A stretch of 64,000 nt of DNA from Camelus ferus (lineage: Eukaryota), in NCBI RefSeq assembly GCF_009834535.1, contig NC_045696.1:70124001-70188000 (forward strand), in the 5' to 3' direction. The notes below the pieces were generated by a model, which was not told the DNA's origin, made no database searches, and was given only the letters and a program-made list of their open reading frames with translations. Positions 50,144 to 63,965 of the stretch are shown piece after piece. Both the position numbers and the translations under genes were made by a program. Positions within the stretch are counted from its first letter, which is position 1. The number at the start of each line of letters is the position of its first letter.

Positions 50144-50319
50144 TATTTCCCTTTATTGAACAGGCTATTTCTTCTTCTATTTAAATAATGCAGTGATTAA
50201 TATGTTTATGTATAAAACTTCTTCTTTTGGGAGTATTTCTTTAGGAGCTACAGGGATAGTTATAATTTTGACAGAGCCTGCTCATGGCAGTAGTTCTTGG
50301 AGGAGCTCATGCCAATTCT

Positions 50320-50680
50320 TCAATCCTTGTTCCTCAGAGAGAGTGGTCCTAGGGCCAGCAGTATCAGCATGGGAGCTAATTAGAAATGCTGACAAAGTTA
50401 CCCCAGATTAAGTGAATCAGAATCTGCTTTTAAACAAAATCCTCAGGTGATTCCCATGTGTATTCAAATTATGAGAAGCTCTGATATAAATCAAGGATTT
50501 TCAAACTTTACTACGCATCAGCATCTCCTAGCCAGCTGGTTAAAACAGATGCTTGACCCCACCCCCAGCATTTCTGATTCAGAACATCTGGGGAGTGGCC
50601 TGAGAATGTGCGATTCTTACATGTTCCCAGGTGATGCTGGTGCTCCTGGTCCGAGAACCACACTTTGAGAACCACTGTGT
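50320..50680. mobile_element. Two MER5-type (hAT-Charlie) copies
   Basis: agaaatgc...gaatcagaatctgcttttaaacaa...ccaggtgat...cacactttgagaaccactg. Confidence 0.75.
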
Positions 50681-53600
50681 TAGCTGGAAGGTCTCTTGCA
50701 GGATTAATGCTTTTAAATTGCAAATGCATCTTATTTTTGAAAAAGGGAGGAAAAATATAATCAATTTATAGGTCATCAAAAAAAAAAAAAATCCTTCTTA
50801 CTTGTATAGGGCCAGCTTTGTGGAGGCACGTAAGCTAGCCAGGACGGTTAGACCTAGTCGTGGTTAGTGGGGGAGGCTAATGTGGATGGGTCAACTGAGA
50901 AACAGAAATAGAGGGAAAAAAAAGGTTTTTTTCTCTTGTTATTTAGGCACCCTCTATAAAAGGATCTACAGCTGAAGTATTTGCAAAAAGTCTTATTGAG
51001 CACATTTTCATAAACTGTATTTTATTAATTATACCCCTCAAAAAGAGAATCTGCTTGGGAAAAAGTGTCAAAGAAATATATATTTTTTTTAACTTTTCAG
51101 TCACCTGTGGTGAAAAATAAAATATTTACAGCAGTGAAAGGAAAGGCCCCCAAACTTAGTTTTTTAGTCTTTGGCAAATCCTTGGCTATGACCACTCAAG
51201 AATGAACTGGAGATTTCTCTTAGAAGATAGAAGCCTCAAGACTACAGTTTCCTCACCCTAAATTTTCAAGTCCAGCCCAGTCAACTCAAACACATGACTA
51301 TTCTCCAGCATAAAGACATTTTTAGGTACAAGCCATATGCACTTCGGGTAAATCACAATGACCATTTCATATTGCTCGTGAGCTTGGTGCAGTTTTAAAG
51401 TAGCACAGTTTCCTGGACAGGTACCTCCTTGGAGAGCCATCCTTTTCCTTAACAGCGGCCCCTGTACTCCCTCTTAAGAGTGAAGTTCTCTTGGCCATTC
51501 TTCTTTAATTTCCAGCCCTGGTCCAAGGCTCTTAGAATTGGGGTGGCTCGCTGGTCCTTGTTTTTAAAACTATTCCTCGGCCTTTTAAATATTTAGCAGG
51601 AAAAAGACAAAGACAATCTGTGACAAAAGCAGTCTGATACTAACAAAGGCCAGTATCAAAGGTATAAGATTCAGTTAAAAGAAATCTTTATCAATGTAGA
51701 TAACTTTTTGATCAAAGGAGAGCAGGTGATGGAGAGTGAGTGCTATTTCAACGTGTTATGGCAGAGCCCTGATTGGAGAAACGATCATATAAAGGACTAA
51801 GAAAATATAAAGGGTTATGTGATTGATTTTCTTTCTCCAAGAAATCTACTCTGGTCTACAGGTCTCTGAGAATACTTAAGGATTAGATTAGTGCCTAGCT
51901 CTGATCACTAACACAAGCAGTATAAAGCAAATGTTCAGTTATTTTGGTTAGACAAACAGATGGAAGGGGTTCTGTTAAAAAATGGCCAGAAATGGGGGGC
52001 GGGGGAGGGATGGATGAGGAGGGAGAACCTGGCAAAGTAGTAAAATTTCTTTTCACATTGGCTCTTGAGCACCAGCAGCTGCAATATCAGGTGGGTATTT
52101 CCTAGGAGTTTTGCATGTAGCAAAGATTCAAAATGAATCTGTAATTTAGGTCTGGTAGTGACTGGAAATATCCAAAGGTATGTTGCATCTGTTTCTTCTT
52201 AGTATGAACATGTGTTTGAATTTGTTACGTGAGAGGAAATAATTGGTAAGTAATTAGTAAAATGCTTAATCTCACTTTAATCAAAAGATTATTTTCTCTG
52301 GAAAAAGCAATCACGGCTTTGTGTTTTGGTGGGCTTGATCTCACTAATCTCAATTATCCATGGTTATCCATGCCTGCAGATAGCCTAATGTCTCCCATTA
52401 AAGACAGGAGGAACAGCTACTGGAAATGCAGGCACAGTGCCTCAGGGGTAGTAAGAAGCCTCCAGGGAGGGCTTATTTTGCAAATTGAGCCCTCTTTAGT
52501 AATAGCAACTGTGACAGCCCTCTTTAGGACTCTAAGAGTCTGTTTTGGTCTGGGTCTCAGATCCCTTCTCTTTGGTTTAAGGTGGAAACTGCTGTCCTTG
52601 CTGCCCTTGCTGCCACCTGCCTGGGCAGGTGAGCCATCAGCTCAGCCAGTCTCCCTGGGCTCTGCTTTCCTTTTCCTCCATCACCTTCTCCACTCCTTTG
52701 TCTTTGGGTATTTCTTGAGCCTTTCACTTTAAATCAACTCATTCTTTCACTTCTCTGGCTTTTTGGGAATCTAGAATTTCATTAAATGTCCTCCTAATAC
52801 TGCTGAATTCTGCAATTACCCCCAGCCCAGGAATTCACAATTCAAATTAGCACACTGAAGACAATTACCATCTGTCAGTGGGAAATCCTATATTGTTTTT
52901 CCTTAAATTTTTAAAATAATTAAAATTGCAATTACTACACATTCTCTTAGGGTTTCCCTGCAATACATGATTGCTTTTTTCCTCTCTTTTAAAATTTTTT
53001 ATTGAGATATAATTGATATAAAACATTGCTTAAGTTTAAGGTGTGCAATGTGTTGGTTTGATACATTTATATATTGCAATGGGATTAACACCTTAACGTT
53101 AGCAAATATCTCTATCACATCACTTAATTATACATAATTGCTTTTTGCAAGATGTTTTTAACCACACTGCTACACATATAAGCATTGTTACTAAATGAAA
53201 CCACTACATGAAATTATTATAGCTGTTAGGATTAGACGTTAGACTTCTCTGCTTAACTACTATGGAAATGAAAAAGGACGTAAGAAAAATTTGAGACCAG
53301 AGGAAATGAGCACAAAAATGAAAAAGAGGTTTTTCTGTTTTATAATTTTAAAAATGTATCTTTTTTCTTTGACAAAATCTGCAAACTCAAAACACCAATC
53401 CATCTGCCAATTTGCTATCTGGAGAACTGTGAAAGGAATAATTTTCAAAGGCTAGCAATTCTCACAGAAAATATCAAAATTTTATTTTTTCAAAGCCTGA
53501 CAAAACCATTTATGGATTTAGTTGATCTTCATTTTCTTAATCACTGCAGTCTTCCATCCTTCACCACACTTCAGCCTGAATTAAAGAATCACAGGAGGTA

Positions 53601-56229
53601 GTGAGAGATGGACAGAAAGAGCCAACATGATGAGTCCTGCTTCTTAAAAGCACTAAAAAAAAGTCAGATCAAGGAAAAGGCTACATGAGACAACCAAACT
53701 GAGGTTATTAGATTATCTGTTGCCACATGCCCCAATAGCCCAGATCGCCACATCACTAGCCTAATGAAAGCTGTCTCCTGACTACAAAGAACAATGGCCA
53801 AGACAAATCACATTTATAACGAGCATGCCTAAAGGTGACACAGTCAGATCTCATCAGGAGTCTATTTCCTCTGTATGGGGAAGTCCCTAGGCAAATCTGA
53901 AAGTGATTTAACCTTTCTATATCTCACCCAGATATCTCCGTCTGAAACATTCCTGACACTTTTTCCTCTCCGCTGTGGTAGCATTCCACGGGGGTTAAAC
54001 TTCTATAAAAGTAATATGAAAGAACTGAAATAGAGGTAGATTTTAACCTGATTGTCTTACAAATTGTCACTTGCCTATTTGATGTAGGTAATAGCCAGAT
54101 CTCAAGAATTCTAACAATGTGAGAGTTAGAAAGGATATTGGAGATCACTAAAAACAACTTATTCATCTCATATATTAAAACCAAAGCTGAGGAAAAATTT
54201 TAAGAAGCTGAGAGAATTGGAATCTTGCTAAGGATAACCTGAGACTGCTACACAGGTCCTTACAGTCTTAGTCTAATTCTTTTTCCATTGCATCACTGTG
54301 CCTTACAGCAGGTAAACAGAAAACATGTTGATTTTATACATTTAATATAAGTAACCTTTTAGATAAAGAAGGCAGATAAATCGTTGCATAATAGAACCTC
54401 AGTATTAAAAACTTTACTATACACCAAGGGTTCAATTCTCCCTCTGTTCCAGGTAATACATGTGAATCTCCTGCTAAAGTGTAAAAAGCAAAAGAAATTC
54501 AAGTGTCTCCAGCATGCGCTATGCTGATGGTTCTCTGCCCAATTCATCTGAACACCAGAACACATCCACCTTACTAACTGTACCTCACCATGCAGTGATT
54601 CTCAGTTGTGACATTATGGAAGGGCTCCCTCCCCCATACACACATACACTCACATGCACACTTAGAAGGATCTATCCTATTAGGTCAGCAAGCAGAGTTT
54701 GAAAAAATTTCCCAAGCACCATCCCTGCCCTGGCCTCCAACCAGTGGAAAAATCACTAATCCCCCCAAAAGGTACTTAGCCAATAAACACGTTTATGAAG
54801 TATCTACACTATGCCAGGCACAGGGTATAAAGTGGTGAAAAAAAGTTAATATCAAACACTCGCTTTGAGTTAGTACTTAGAAAATACTCTCCTTGTATAC
54901 TCAAAGTGCCTGGCATGGTCAACCCCTCAGTTTGATGTTTCCTTAATCTCCTTGAGAAATCTGCATCTGCACATAAACCAAATGATGAAAAGGTCCCTTT
55001 TGATTTTACCCTACCCAGCACTCTCTATTCCCGTCACATCTTCATTTTTCTCCTTAACATTTATCACTGTCTAAACATAATTTACTTATTGTTTGTCCTC
55101 TGCAATAAAATAAGCCCCCAAGAGGGCAAGAGTTTTTGTCTATTTTTTCCTACTGCTAGGTCCTCAGTACCTAGAACATATAGTAAATGCTCAATAAGTA
55201 TTTGTTGTTAAATGAATGACAACACTTCTACACCTGCTGATTCTATTTGATATATCCTTGTTTCCTCCCTGGTCTCCCCACCATTCCCTTTAATCATTCT
55301 CCCATGCCCAGTGTATCAGCCCTCTGTCCTCTTAAGATTATTCCTTCCAGCTACATCTAGGCAGAGTATAGCTAGCCTGGGCTCCATGATTAGCCATCAC
55401 ATGGTAATTTTCATTTATCCCCACCTTCTTATCTTCCAACGCACTTGCTGTGCCAACACTTAACCCTGTATTACCCCCACGGTCCAACTTATTTTACTCT
55501 TTGTCCAGTCCAGAGCTTTACTAGAAAAGATTTTAGATTCATGCTGGACCAGACCAATCACAATTCATGATAGGACTCAATGCTCAAAATTCATGGTATA
55601 CAGAAAAAAGAGAATGTGACTAAGACTTAGAGCTGGCTTTAAAAATTGGGTATAATGTGCACTACCTGGTGTCTTTGGCTGAGTCAGCAAACTTTCTGGG
55701 CCTGTTTTCTCATCTGTAAAATGGGAGTTACAGTATCTACTTCATACCATGAGGATTATATTTGAAATGAAATAATGTATGTAAAAGCTCCTAGCAGATT
55801 TACAGAAATGTAGAAGTTGCTTAGTAAGTGTTAGCTCCTTCTCTTCCTTTAACATATTTCACTAAGCTTTGATGATGTTCTCACTCTTTGAAAGTGACTA
55901 ACACCTACTTAGCAAGAAAATCAATGCTTTCTGGCATGAATCTTAATTTTCCTCTCTTCCCTCTTTACCATATCAGAATACTATTCCTTCACTCATCCTG
56001 TATCCTGATTTAGAAATAGTGTCTCTCTTCTTTTTGAAGACTAACCCTCTGTCCATACCAATAGTTTTCATTTCTGGCTGTACATTAGAATCATCTGGGG
56101 AGGTTTTTTTTGGGAGGGGAGAGTTTTTGTAAAAGGCAGATGTCTGGCCCCCACCACAGACCAATTAAATATAAATCTCTGGAGGCGGGAACATGGTATC
56201 AGTATTTTTTTTTTTTAATTTCCTGGTAG

Positions 56230-57640
56230 GGTGCCAAGACAATTCAATGGGGGAAAGAACAGTCTTTTCAAAAAATATTGCTGGAATATCCTCATTCAAA
56301 GGAATAAAGCTGAACCCTTCTTTATATCATTCACAAAACATAACTTAAAATGGATCAGAGACCTAAATGTAATGGCTAAAATTATTAAACCCTTCGAAGA
56401 AAACACAGGAGTAAATCTTCATAACCTTGGGTTAGGTAAAGCCTTCTTAGATATGACACCAAAAGCACAATAAAAAATGACCAAAAAAATAGATAAATTG
56501 AACTTTATAGAAATTAAAATTTGGTGCTGCAAACAATATCAAGAAAGTCAAAAGACAACCCATAGAATGAGATAATCACAAACCATATACCTATTAAAGA
56601 ACTTTTACTCAGAATATATAAAGGACTCTTAAACTCAATAATAAAAAGATAAATAACCCAATTTTTAAGTGGGCAAAAGATCTGAATACATATTTCTCCA
56701 AAAAATACAGATGGCAAATAAATAAGCACATGAAAAGATGGTAAACACCATTAGCCATTAGAGAAATATAAACCAAAACCATAATGTGATACGATTTCAA
56801 ACTCACTAAGATCACTCTTATCAGAAAGATAGATAGTAATTATTGATGAGGATGTGGAGAAATTGAAACCCTCATATATTGCTAGTAGGAATGCAAAATG
56901 GTGCTGTTGCTTTGCAAAATAGTTTTTAGAAAATCCTGAAAACGTTAAACATATAGCTATCATATGACCTAGCAATTCCATTCCTAGATGTACACCCCAA
57001 AGAAGTGAAAACATATATTCACACAAAAACTTGTACACAAACGTACATAGCAGTATTATTCATATAGCAGCCATAGCGGCCCAAAAGCGTTTGGAAAGAA
57101 CCTAAATGTCCATCAACTGATGAATGGATAAAAAGGAATACCATTCAGCAATAAAAAAATGAAGCACTGATACATGGAAAAACTTTGAAAATCTTATACT
57201 AAATTAAATGAAGCTACAGTTGACCCTTGAACAACATGGCTTTGAACTGTGCAGGTCCACTTATACCTAGAATTTTTCAAAAGTAAAAACCACAGTACTA
57301 CACAGTCCATGGTTGGGCAAATCCAAGGATGTGGAATAATTGCAGATACAAAGGGCAAAGTGTAATTATACTCGGATCAATGCCCCCACCCCCACCATTG
57401 TTCAAGGATCAACTGTAGTCCAAAAGACCATATACTGTATGATTTCATTTATAAGAAATGATTAGAATAGGGAAGATTTCTAAGTGTAGAGAAACATTAG
57501 TGGTTACCTTGGGCTGAGGGTTGAGGGGAAATGAGGAGTGATTGCTAATGGTTACGGGGTTTCTTTCTGCAATGATGAAAATGTTCTAAAATTCACTGTG
57601 GTGATGGTTGAACAACTCTATGAACATTCTAAAAACCACT
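56230..57640 (+). mobile_element. Old L1M fragment (ORF2 3' part and 3'UTR)
   Basis: gtgccaagacaattcaatgggg...aaatggatcagagacctaaatgt...aaatgtccatcaactgatgaatggataaa...gatgaaaatgttctaaaa. Confidence 0.85.
57217..57415. mobile_element. Tigger2a/MER28-like MITE nested in the L1
   Basis: TIRs cagttgacccttgaacaa / ttgttcaaggatcaactg flanked by a TA duplication. Confidence 0.85.
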
Positions 57641-60160
57641 GGATAGGAAAGAGAGACAGGAAGTTCCTAAGGTAATTCTAATCTCAGTGTCTATTTAAAG
57701 AAACAAATTTCTGAACCACAACACTCTTAAGTGTATGGTATCTTACCTTCTAGATTCCTTAGGTGTAAAGATGGCATCCTCTAATTCTTCCTCTACCCCA
57801 CATCCTTAAGGAATAATAACTGACACAGAACAGGAATGTGATATCTTTTAAATGACTTTTTTTTTTTAAAGTAAAAGAGTGTTCTTGATGAATATTTTTT
57901 ATTTTAATCAAAATTGTCAGAATCAGGCTGCCACCTGGCAGAATTGGTCTTCGTGGCAATCTTGATTCATTTGAGCTTCCCAGGCAATTAATTCAGCTGT
58001 AGCACATAGAGAGGACAGGCAGACAGTGCAAACCAAACTGACCGGTTCTGCCATTCAAAGTATGGTTGTTCCGTCATATACCAGTGGATGTGGCCTCTGG
58101 CCCTTAGGAACCATTCTTTTGACAGCTCCCTAGGACATGGCTCTGGTTTGACTGACTTTGTTTACTAAATAAATAAATTCCTACTTCTGGAGTAGCTTCA
58201 ATTTTTAAACAGAAAGCCATCTATTGATAGTCACTGATACACAGGATTTTATTGTTTGATATTAAACAATTAAGAGTTATTGTTTTTTTCCCCTACAACT
58301 ACACTATACATGAAAATAAATATAATCTAGAATACAGCCACTAGGAGTGGAGAGAGAGAGAGGGAGATTCTATACCCACTTTGCGCCTTAAAGGGATAGC
58401 TTTACTTTAATAAATCCAAAGTGCAGACTGTATTTCTTTCATGGAAATAAAGCTATCTTTGGCAAAATGTATATAAAAGATAGAGTCTGATGAACATTTC
58501 CTAAGATGAGTTTGATTATGTAGACACATTTAAAAAAAAATCCTAAGGATTCAGTCTTTTGATCTAGCAGTGATTTAGTAGACTTTAATAATTTAAAATA
58601 ACTTTGAAATTGTTCCTTTCAACAAAGTCTCTGAAGGTACATACATGAAAAACACTGAAATAAGTCTAGGAGTTTATAAATATAGGGAACTGTGTCATTT
58701 ATTTAACCCAGCAGATAAAAAATAGCAAAATATGACATCACAGTTGTCTAAGTATAGGACAAAAATCTGATTTAGAATCAGGTAGAGGTTTTCCTTCTAT
58801 AACTCTAGTGAGTTCAGATGTACTCAGAAAAACATAACAAGTGAAGGCAATGTCAAGATAAGTAAAATTTCAAATCCTCAGGTAATTTTGAAATGAAATG
58901 AGTTTTCAGTTGGAAGATTCATTGATAAGAATAATTCAAAAGATATCATTAAAGCCATAATTTAGGAACCCTGTTTCATTAGTTCTCAAAACTAAGTATT
59001 GATTATACAAGGTAAACACGACAAGGCTGAATGATAAAAAAAAAAAACAACTGACATTTTGTGTTCTCTCTCACTGGAAACAACCAGGTATATGCTGCTG
59101 ACCAGAATACAAACTGCTCAAAGTGAGGCAGCTGGAAAAGATTATGTGGGTTAAGGCGCTGCCCCAGGGGCGGAACATATCACGATGTCACATCTCTCTT
59201 CTTGACGACCACAACTTTCACGAGAATCAGCCTGAGCCTTAGGGAACAAATTCAGTTACAAATACTAACTTTTGTTAAAACTCCAAGCAAACTATCAAAT
59301 CAACTTCATACCTGGAACCTATCTGAAGTTTTCCGTGTTTCCCAGACACAGCGGAGTGAATGATTTTCACTGGGAATTTCATCTTAGAAAAATGCTCATG
59401 TGCATTTCTATGCATATAATTATGGGATATACTAAGAAACCACCTAGTTTTCATTAGGGGATGTTAAATAAATCACAATTTAAGGATAATTCCTCTTTTG
59501 CCTCTGGTGCAGGCTTTAGGTTTTTGAAAACATAAAATCTATAGAATGACATAAAGAGCTACAAATATGTATAAATACACTACTATATAGCTCCCATAAT
59601 AAAAGATTTTTGGGGGTAAAATAAAAAAGGTTGGATTAGTATTCACCGTCTCCAACCTGCAATCCCAAGACATTGACTGTTATACAACTATGAAACAAAG
59701 ACAAGGTGAAGGGTGAGAAACAACAGAAAGGACGGCAGAAAGGAAGACAAGGGCTCAGCAGGATAGAACCTGCTCCGGCTAGCTGGCCCGGCTTTCCCCA
59801 GCACCTTTCTGGTACCAGTTCTGGGTTTTTCCTTTAATGCAATTCACATCATCTCTCCAAGAGATGAATCTCCCTTTAAGGAAAGCCAAGCCAGCATCCA
59901 GAGGTAACGTGCAGAACCGTAAATGAAAAATGTCCACGTCTAGCAGGCAGACAAGCAAAGGAAAACCAGCTGTCAGTTTCAGACGCTCCTAGCTGTAACC
60001 GGGTTTCAGGTTTCTCTTTGCCTCTGTCTCTGCCTATCTCTCTCACCATGTCTCCCTCAATAATACCAGTTTTCTAATCACTTCAAATCACAAATACGTT
60101 CTCCATCTGTCCTTGTGAAATAAATGCTGATGAAACAGAAAAACAGAGTGCGATACTCAC

Positions 60161-60340
60161 AACAATGAAGAATTCCTACACATGCCGTTCCATTTTCTTG
60201 CTTTTAAAAGATGGAAGGTTAATTTAGAAAGCCTTGCAGAATTAGAAAAATAAGGGGGAGGGGGATTCCACCCACACAATCCTCCAGCCCACCGCAAAGG
60301 ACCCGAAGTCTTGCTGACGTCACAGATTCATGAATGGATG
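60161..60340 (-). other. MAP3K13: Probable non-coding exon 1 (5'UTR) of MAP3K13
   Basis: Donor TT|GTGAGTA at 60160, immediately downstream of a CpG-retaining, repeat-free promoter-like region. MAP3K13 is known to have a non-coding first exon and a long first intron. The 5' boundary is not determinable from sequence. Confidence 0.7.
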
Positions 60341-60600
60341 TAAATTGGGCTGGTTTAGGATTCCGCACAGACTTCGCTGTGGTGTGTGCCGTGAAAAAGA
60401 AAGGGAGGGTCCAGAGCAGCCTCGGCCAATAGGCTTCAGGCAGTCATGGCCTGCCTTCTTTTAGAAGGAATCTGGTCACAGAATAAACAGACTCCACCAA
60501 TCAGGCGTCTGCTACTGCCTTAGGACAGACCGGCAGCCTGAGAAGGGTGTGTGTGTGTGAGTGTGTCCGCGCGCGCGCGCGTGCGTGTGTTTCAAGCTGT
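60300..60600 (-). promoter_or_regulatory. Putative MAP3K13 promoter: palindromic CRE TGACGTCA (60315-60322), CCAAT boxes (60426-60430, 60497-60501), (GT)n(CG)n tract (~60547-60590)
   Basis: Motifs read directly; locally raised CpG density; position next to the putative exon 1. Confidence 0.7.
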
Positions 60601-61261
60601 GATAGTCATGAGAACAGTATTATTGCTATTGAATGAAGGAATCAAAAATAGAATTTCGGTGGAATCAGTGCTACCAAAAGTGCATATAGAAGATAACGGC
60701 AATCTTTTATTCATTAGAGCTATTTTCTTTAACCCTTTTCTTGCTGTTCTACAATGTGCCTGATCTGATGTGATAAAAACAAATCAGAGAAGTAAGTTTC
60801 TAAAACTGGTGCCCAGTAGACACATATGCCTTGCACACCAAGACTTGTAAAAGCAAAATAGTAGAGGAAAAAAATGGGAATAATAACTTAGTGATTAAGG
60901 AAATATATAAGAAAACATTACATAAATGTAATTGTTTTGTAGAATAATATCACCTTGCTGACATTTGTGATGAATCAAAAGTAGGTGTGGAAGAATAATT
61001 TACTGCTACATTTAAATAAGGGTAGCACATTTCCTCATTGGTTTATTAAACTTCTGATATTCAATCAAGGCACAGCTCCAAAAGAGCTTTTTTTTTAAGA
61101 TTTTTTTTTATTGAGTCAGTCATTTTACCAAAAGAGCTCTTAATGTTTCTTTGAGCAAATTTTGGTTTTAGTAAGATGCCTTATTACTAATAACAAAAAA
61201 GCTGTATTAAATTCCCCCAAAGAGCTCATAACATTTGAAGTTTTTCTTATTTTAAAGATCT

Positions 61262-62505
61262 TAACACTTTTATTGAAGTATAATTGATATACAAAGAACT
61301 ACATATATTTAATGTGTACAGTTTGATGAGCTTGGATCTATGCAAACACTCATGATACTATAATCATAGTCAAGGGAGTAGACTTATTCAATATTTCCCA
61401 AAGTTCCTTGTGTTCTTTGGGTTTTTGTTATTATTGCTGTTAGTTTTTGTGTTAAGAACACAACACGAGAGCCACTTCTTAGCAAATTTTGACATGCACA
61501 GTACAATACCATACTGTTAACTATATGGAAATGGGTTGTATAGCAGACGTCTAGAACTTACTCACCTAGTATAGCTGAAACTTTATACACATTGAATAAA
61601 AATTCCCCATTTCCCTCTCCTCCAGCCCCTGGCAACTACTATTGTATTCTCTGCTTCCATGAGTCTGACTATTTTAGATATGTTATGTAAGTGGAATCAT
61701 GCAGTATGTCTTTTTTTGTGACTGGCTTATTTCACTTAGCATAATGTCCTCCAGGTTCATCCATGTCATCATAAATGGAAGGATTTCTTTTTTAAGGCTG
61801 AATGATATTCCATTGTATACACTGTATATATTTTCTTTACCCATTCATCTGTCGATGGACACTTGGCTTGTTTCCATATGTTGGCTACTGTGAATAGTGG
61901 GGCAATAAACATGGGAGTGCAGATATCTCTTCAAGATCCTGATTTCAATTCTTTTGCATATATACTCACAAATGAGAGTGCTGGATCATATGGTAGTTCC
62001 ATTTTTAATTTTATGAGAAATCGCCTAATCGTTTTTCATAGCTGTTGCACTGTTTTACACTGGCATCAACATTGTACAAGGATTCCAATTTCTCCACAAC
62101 CTTCCCAATACTTGTTATCTTTCTAAAAAAATAATAGCCATCTTAAGAGATGTGAGGTGATATCTCACTGTGATTTTGATTTGCATTTCTCTAATAATGA
62201 TGTTGGGCACCATCTTTTCATATACCTATTGGCCATTTGTATGTCTTCTTTGGAGAACTGTTCAAGTCCCTTGCGCATTCTTGACATTGGTCTTGGCAAT
62301 GATTTCTTCAAATGACACCAAGAGCATAGACAACAAAAGCAAAAATAGACAAGTGGGACTACATCAAACTAAAAAGTTTCAATCAACAGAATGACAAGGC
62401 AACCTACCGAATAGGAGAAAATATTTGTAAACCATGTATCTGATAAAGGGTTAATACATAATACATAAGAAACTCATACAACTCAGAGGCAAAAAATAAA
62501 ATAAC
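61262..62505 (-). mobile_element. L1 fragment with 5' inversion (minus ~61262-62279; plus ~62280-62505)
   Basis: Antisense L1 3' region switches at ~62280 to sense ORF2 sequence (gacattggtcttggcaatgatttc...gacaagtgggactacatcaaact). Confidence 0.8.
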
Positions 62506-63757
62506 TTGTGAACTTTTTTGCTCTTCACTTTAAATTTTTTCAAAGTTACACAAAAGTAGAGATTAATATAATTTACTGCCTTTGTACCCCATAATTTCAC
62601 TTCATAATTACCAACAATTTACTAATACTGATCACAACTTTTTTAAACTTGGGAAATGGCTTCAAATCCTTGAAACTGGAACAACAGTGGTTAATATAAG
62701 GCTATGGTTATAAGGTGTCCAGTGACCAAAAACATTCTGAACAGATATCTACTGTATCTCTCAATCAGATTATTTGTACAGCCGAGAGAAGAAAAGTGGT
62801 TGCCTGTTCCTGTGTGGTTCTGAAGGGTTCAAACCTGACACTAGTAAGTACTTCTCACTGCTTACCTTATTTGGGGAAAAAAAAACTTTCCAGGATTACT
62901 TTACACACAGCAAAGATGTTCAGTATACTGTTCTATATACTCAAGCAATAGAATATTATTGGCAAACAACATATTCAACAAATTTCTGTAAAGGAGCTTA
63001 CTGTAGAATATCATTATGGAAAAGACAGACGAAAGAAATTTACCCATGTGAGATGCGTGTGCTCAAGACCAGTACAGTACTGGTACGTTCCTAGTAGGCC
63101 TGAGTGCACCACACTGACCTGTATCAATCAATATGTCTCTGTCCCAAGATTATTTTAGAACCTACAAATGGAAAGAAGACATCTCTGTTTCCTTCAATAC
63201 TAACCAAAGCCAATAGAATACACTGAAAGAACTGGATTTAAAAAAAAACAAAAACAAACCTTCCAAATAATACAGACTAACTAATAGAGAGGCAACCTCT
63301 TTGTGGAACATGTCAATGAGGTGGCCAGATCTGTTACAGAAGCTAACGTGTTCACTGTAAAGTTTGACAGCAACATCATTACTCAGTCAGTTCGCTAGGA
63401 ATCAGGATAGGTCTCTGAAGGAATTCAACAAAACAGAGTATATAAATGGTTCTAGTAACAGCCACTTAAGATGTTGGCTTAATATATAATCTGGCAAATA
63501 AAAATTAGCTGCTTCTACAGACTTGCCATTTTAGTAAGATGAACTTAGTCTGGGTTAGCATGCCTCCTCATAAGCACAGAAATATCAACTGTGCCAACAA
63601 AAATTTCTCTACGTCAGATATCATGGGAAATCACTGGGAAGATAAGTTGTATCCCCAAACTACAGAAACTGCACAGATTATTCTTAGAGGAGGCCAGTGT
63701 TATTGTGGGGACAGAATTTGGAAGGTAGGGAGAGGGGGCCATGAAAAATGAACGTCC

Positions 63758-63965
63758 TAGAGCAACACTTCCTGAGAATTTCCTGTAATGATGGAAATGT
63801 TCTATAATTTTCACTGTCTCTTACAGTAGCCACATGTGGCAACTTAGCATTTGAAATGTGCGTTTATAACTGAGGAACTGAATTTTAAATTTTATTTAAT
63901 TTTAATGAATTTAAATTGAAAAATAGTCACATATGGCTGGTGGCTACTGAACGGAACACTGCAAC
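63758..63965 (+). mobile_element. MER3 (hAT-Charlie) fossil
   Basis: tgatggaaatgttctata...gtagccacatgtggc...actgaggaactgaattttaaattttatttaa. Confidence 0.85.

Larger units (their letters stand above)
1..60340 (-). other. MAP3K13: MAP3K13 (LZK) gene span, exon 1 to intron 7; 3' exons lie beyond position 1
   Basis: Six coding exons with GT-AG boundaries splice in frame to the LZK N-terminus and kinase domain. The 5' end (TSS) is approximate. Confidence 0.95.

Noticed and set aside
52262..52732. 156-aa Leu-rich + strand ORF
   Set aside because: No recognisable domain; the composition reflects pyrimidine-rich intronic sequence.
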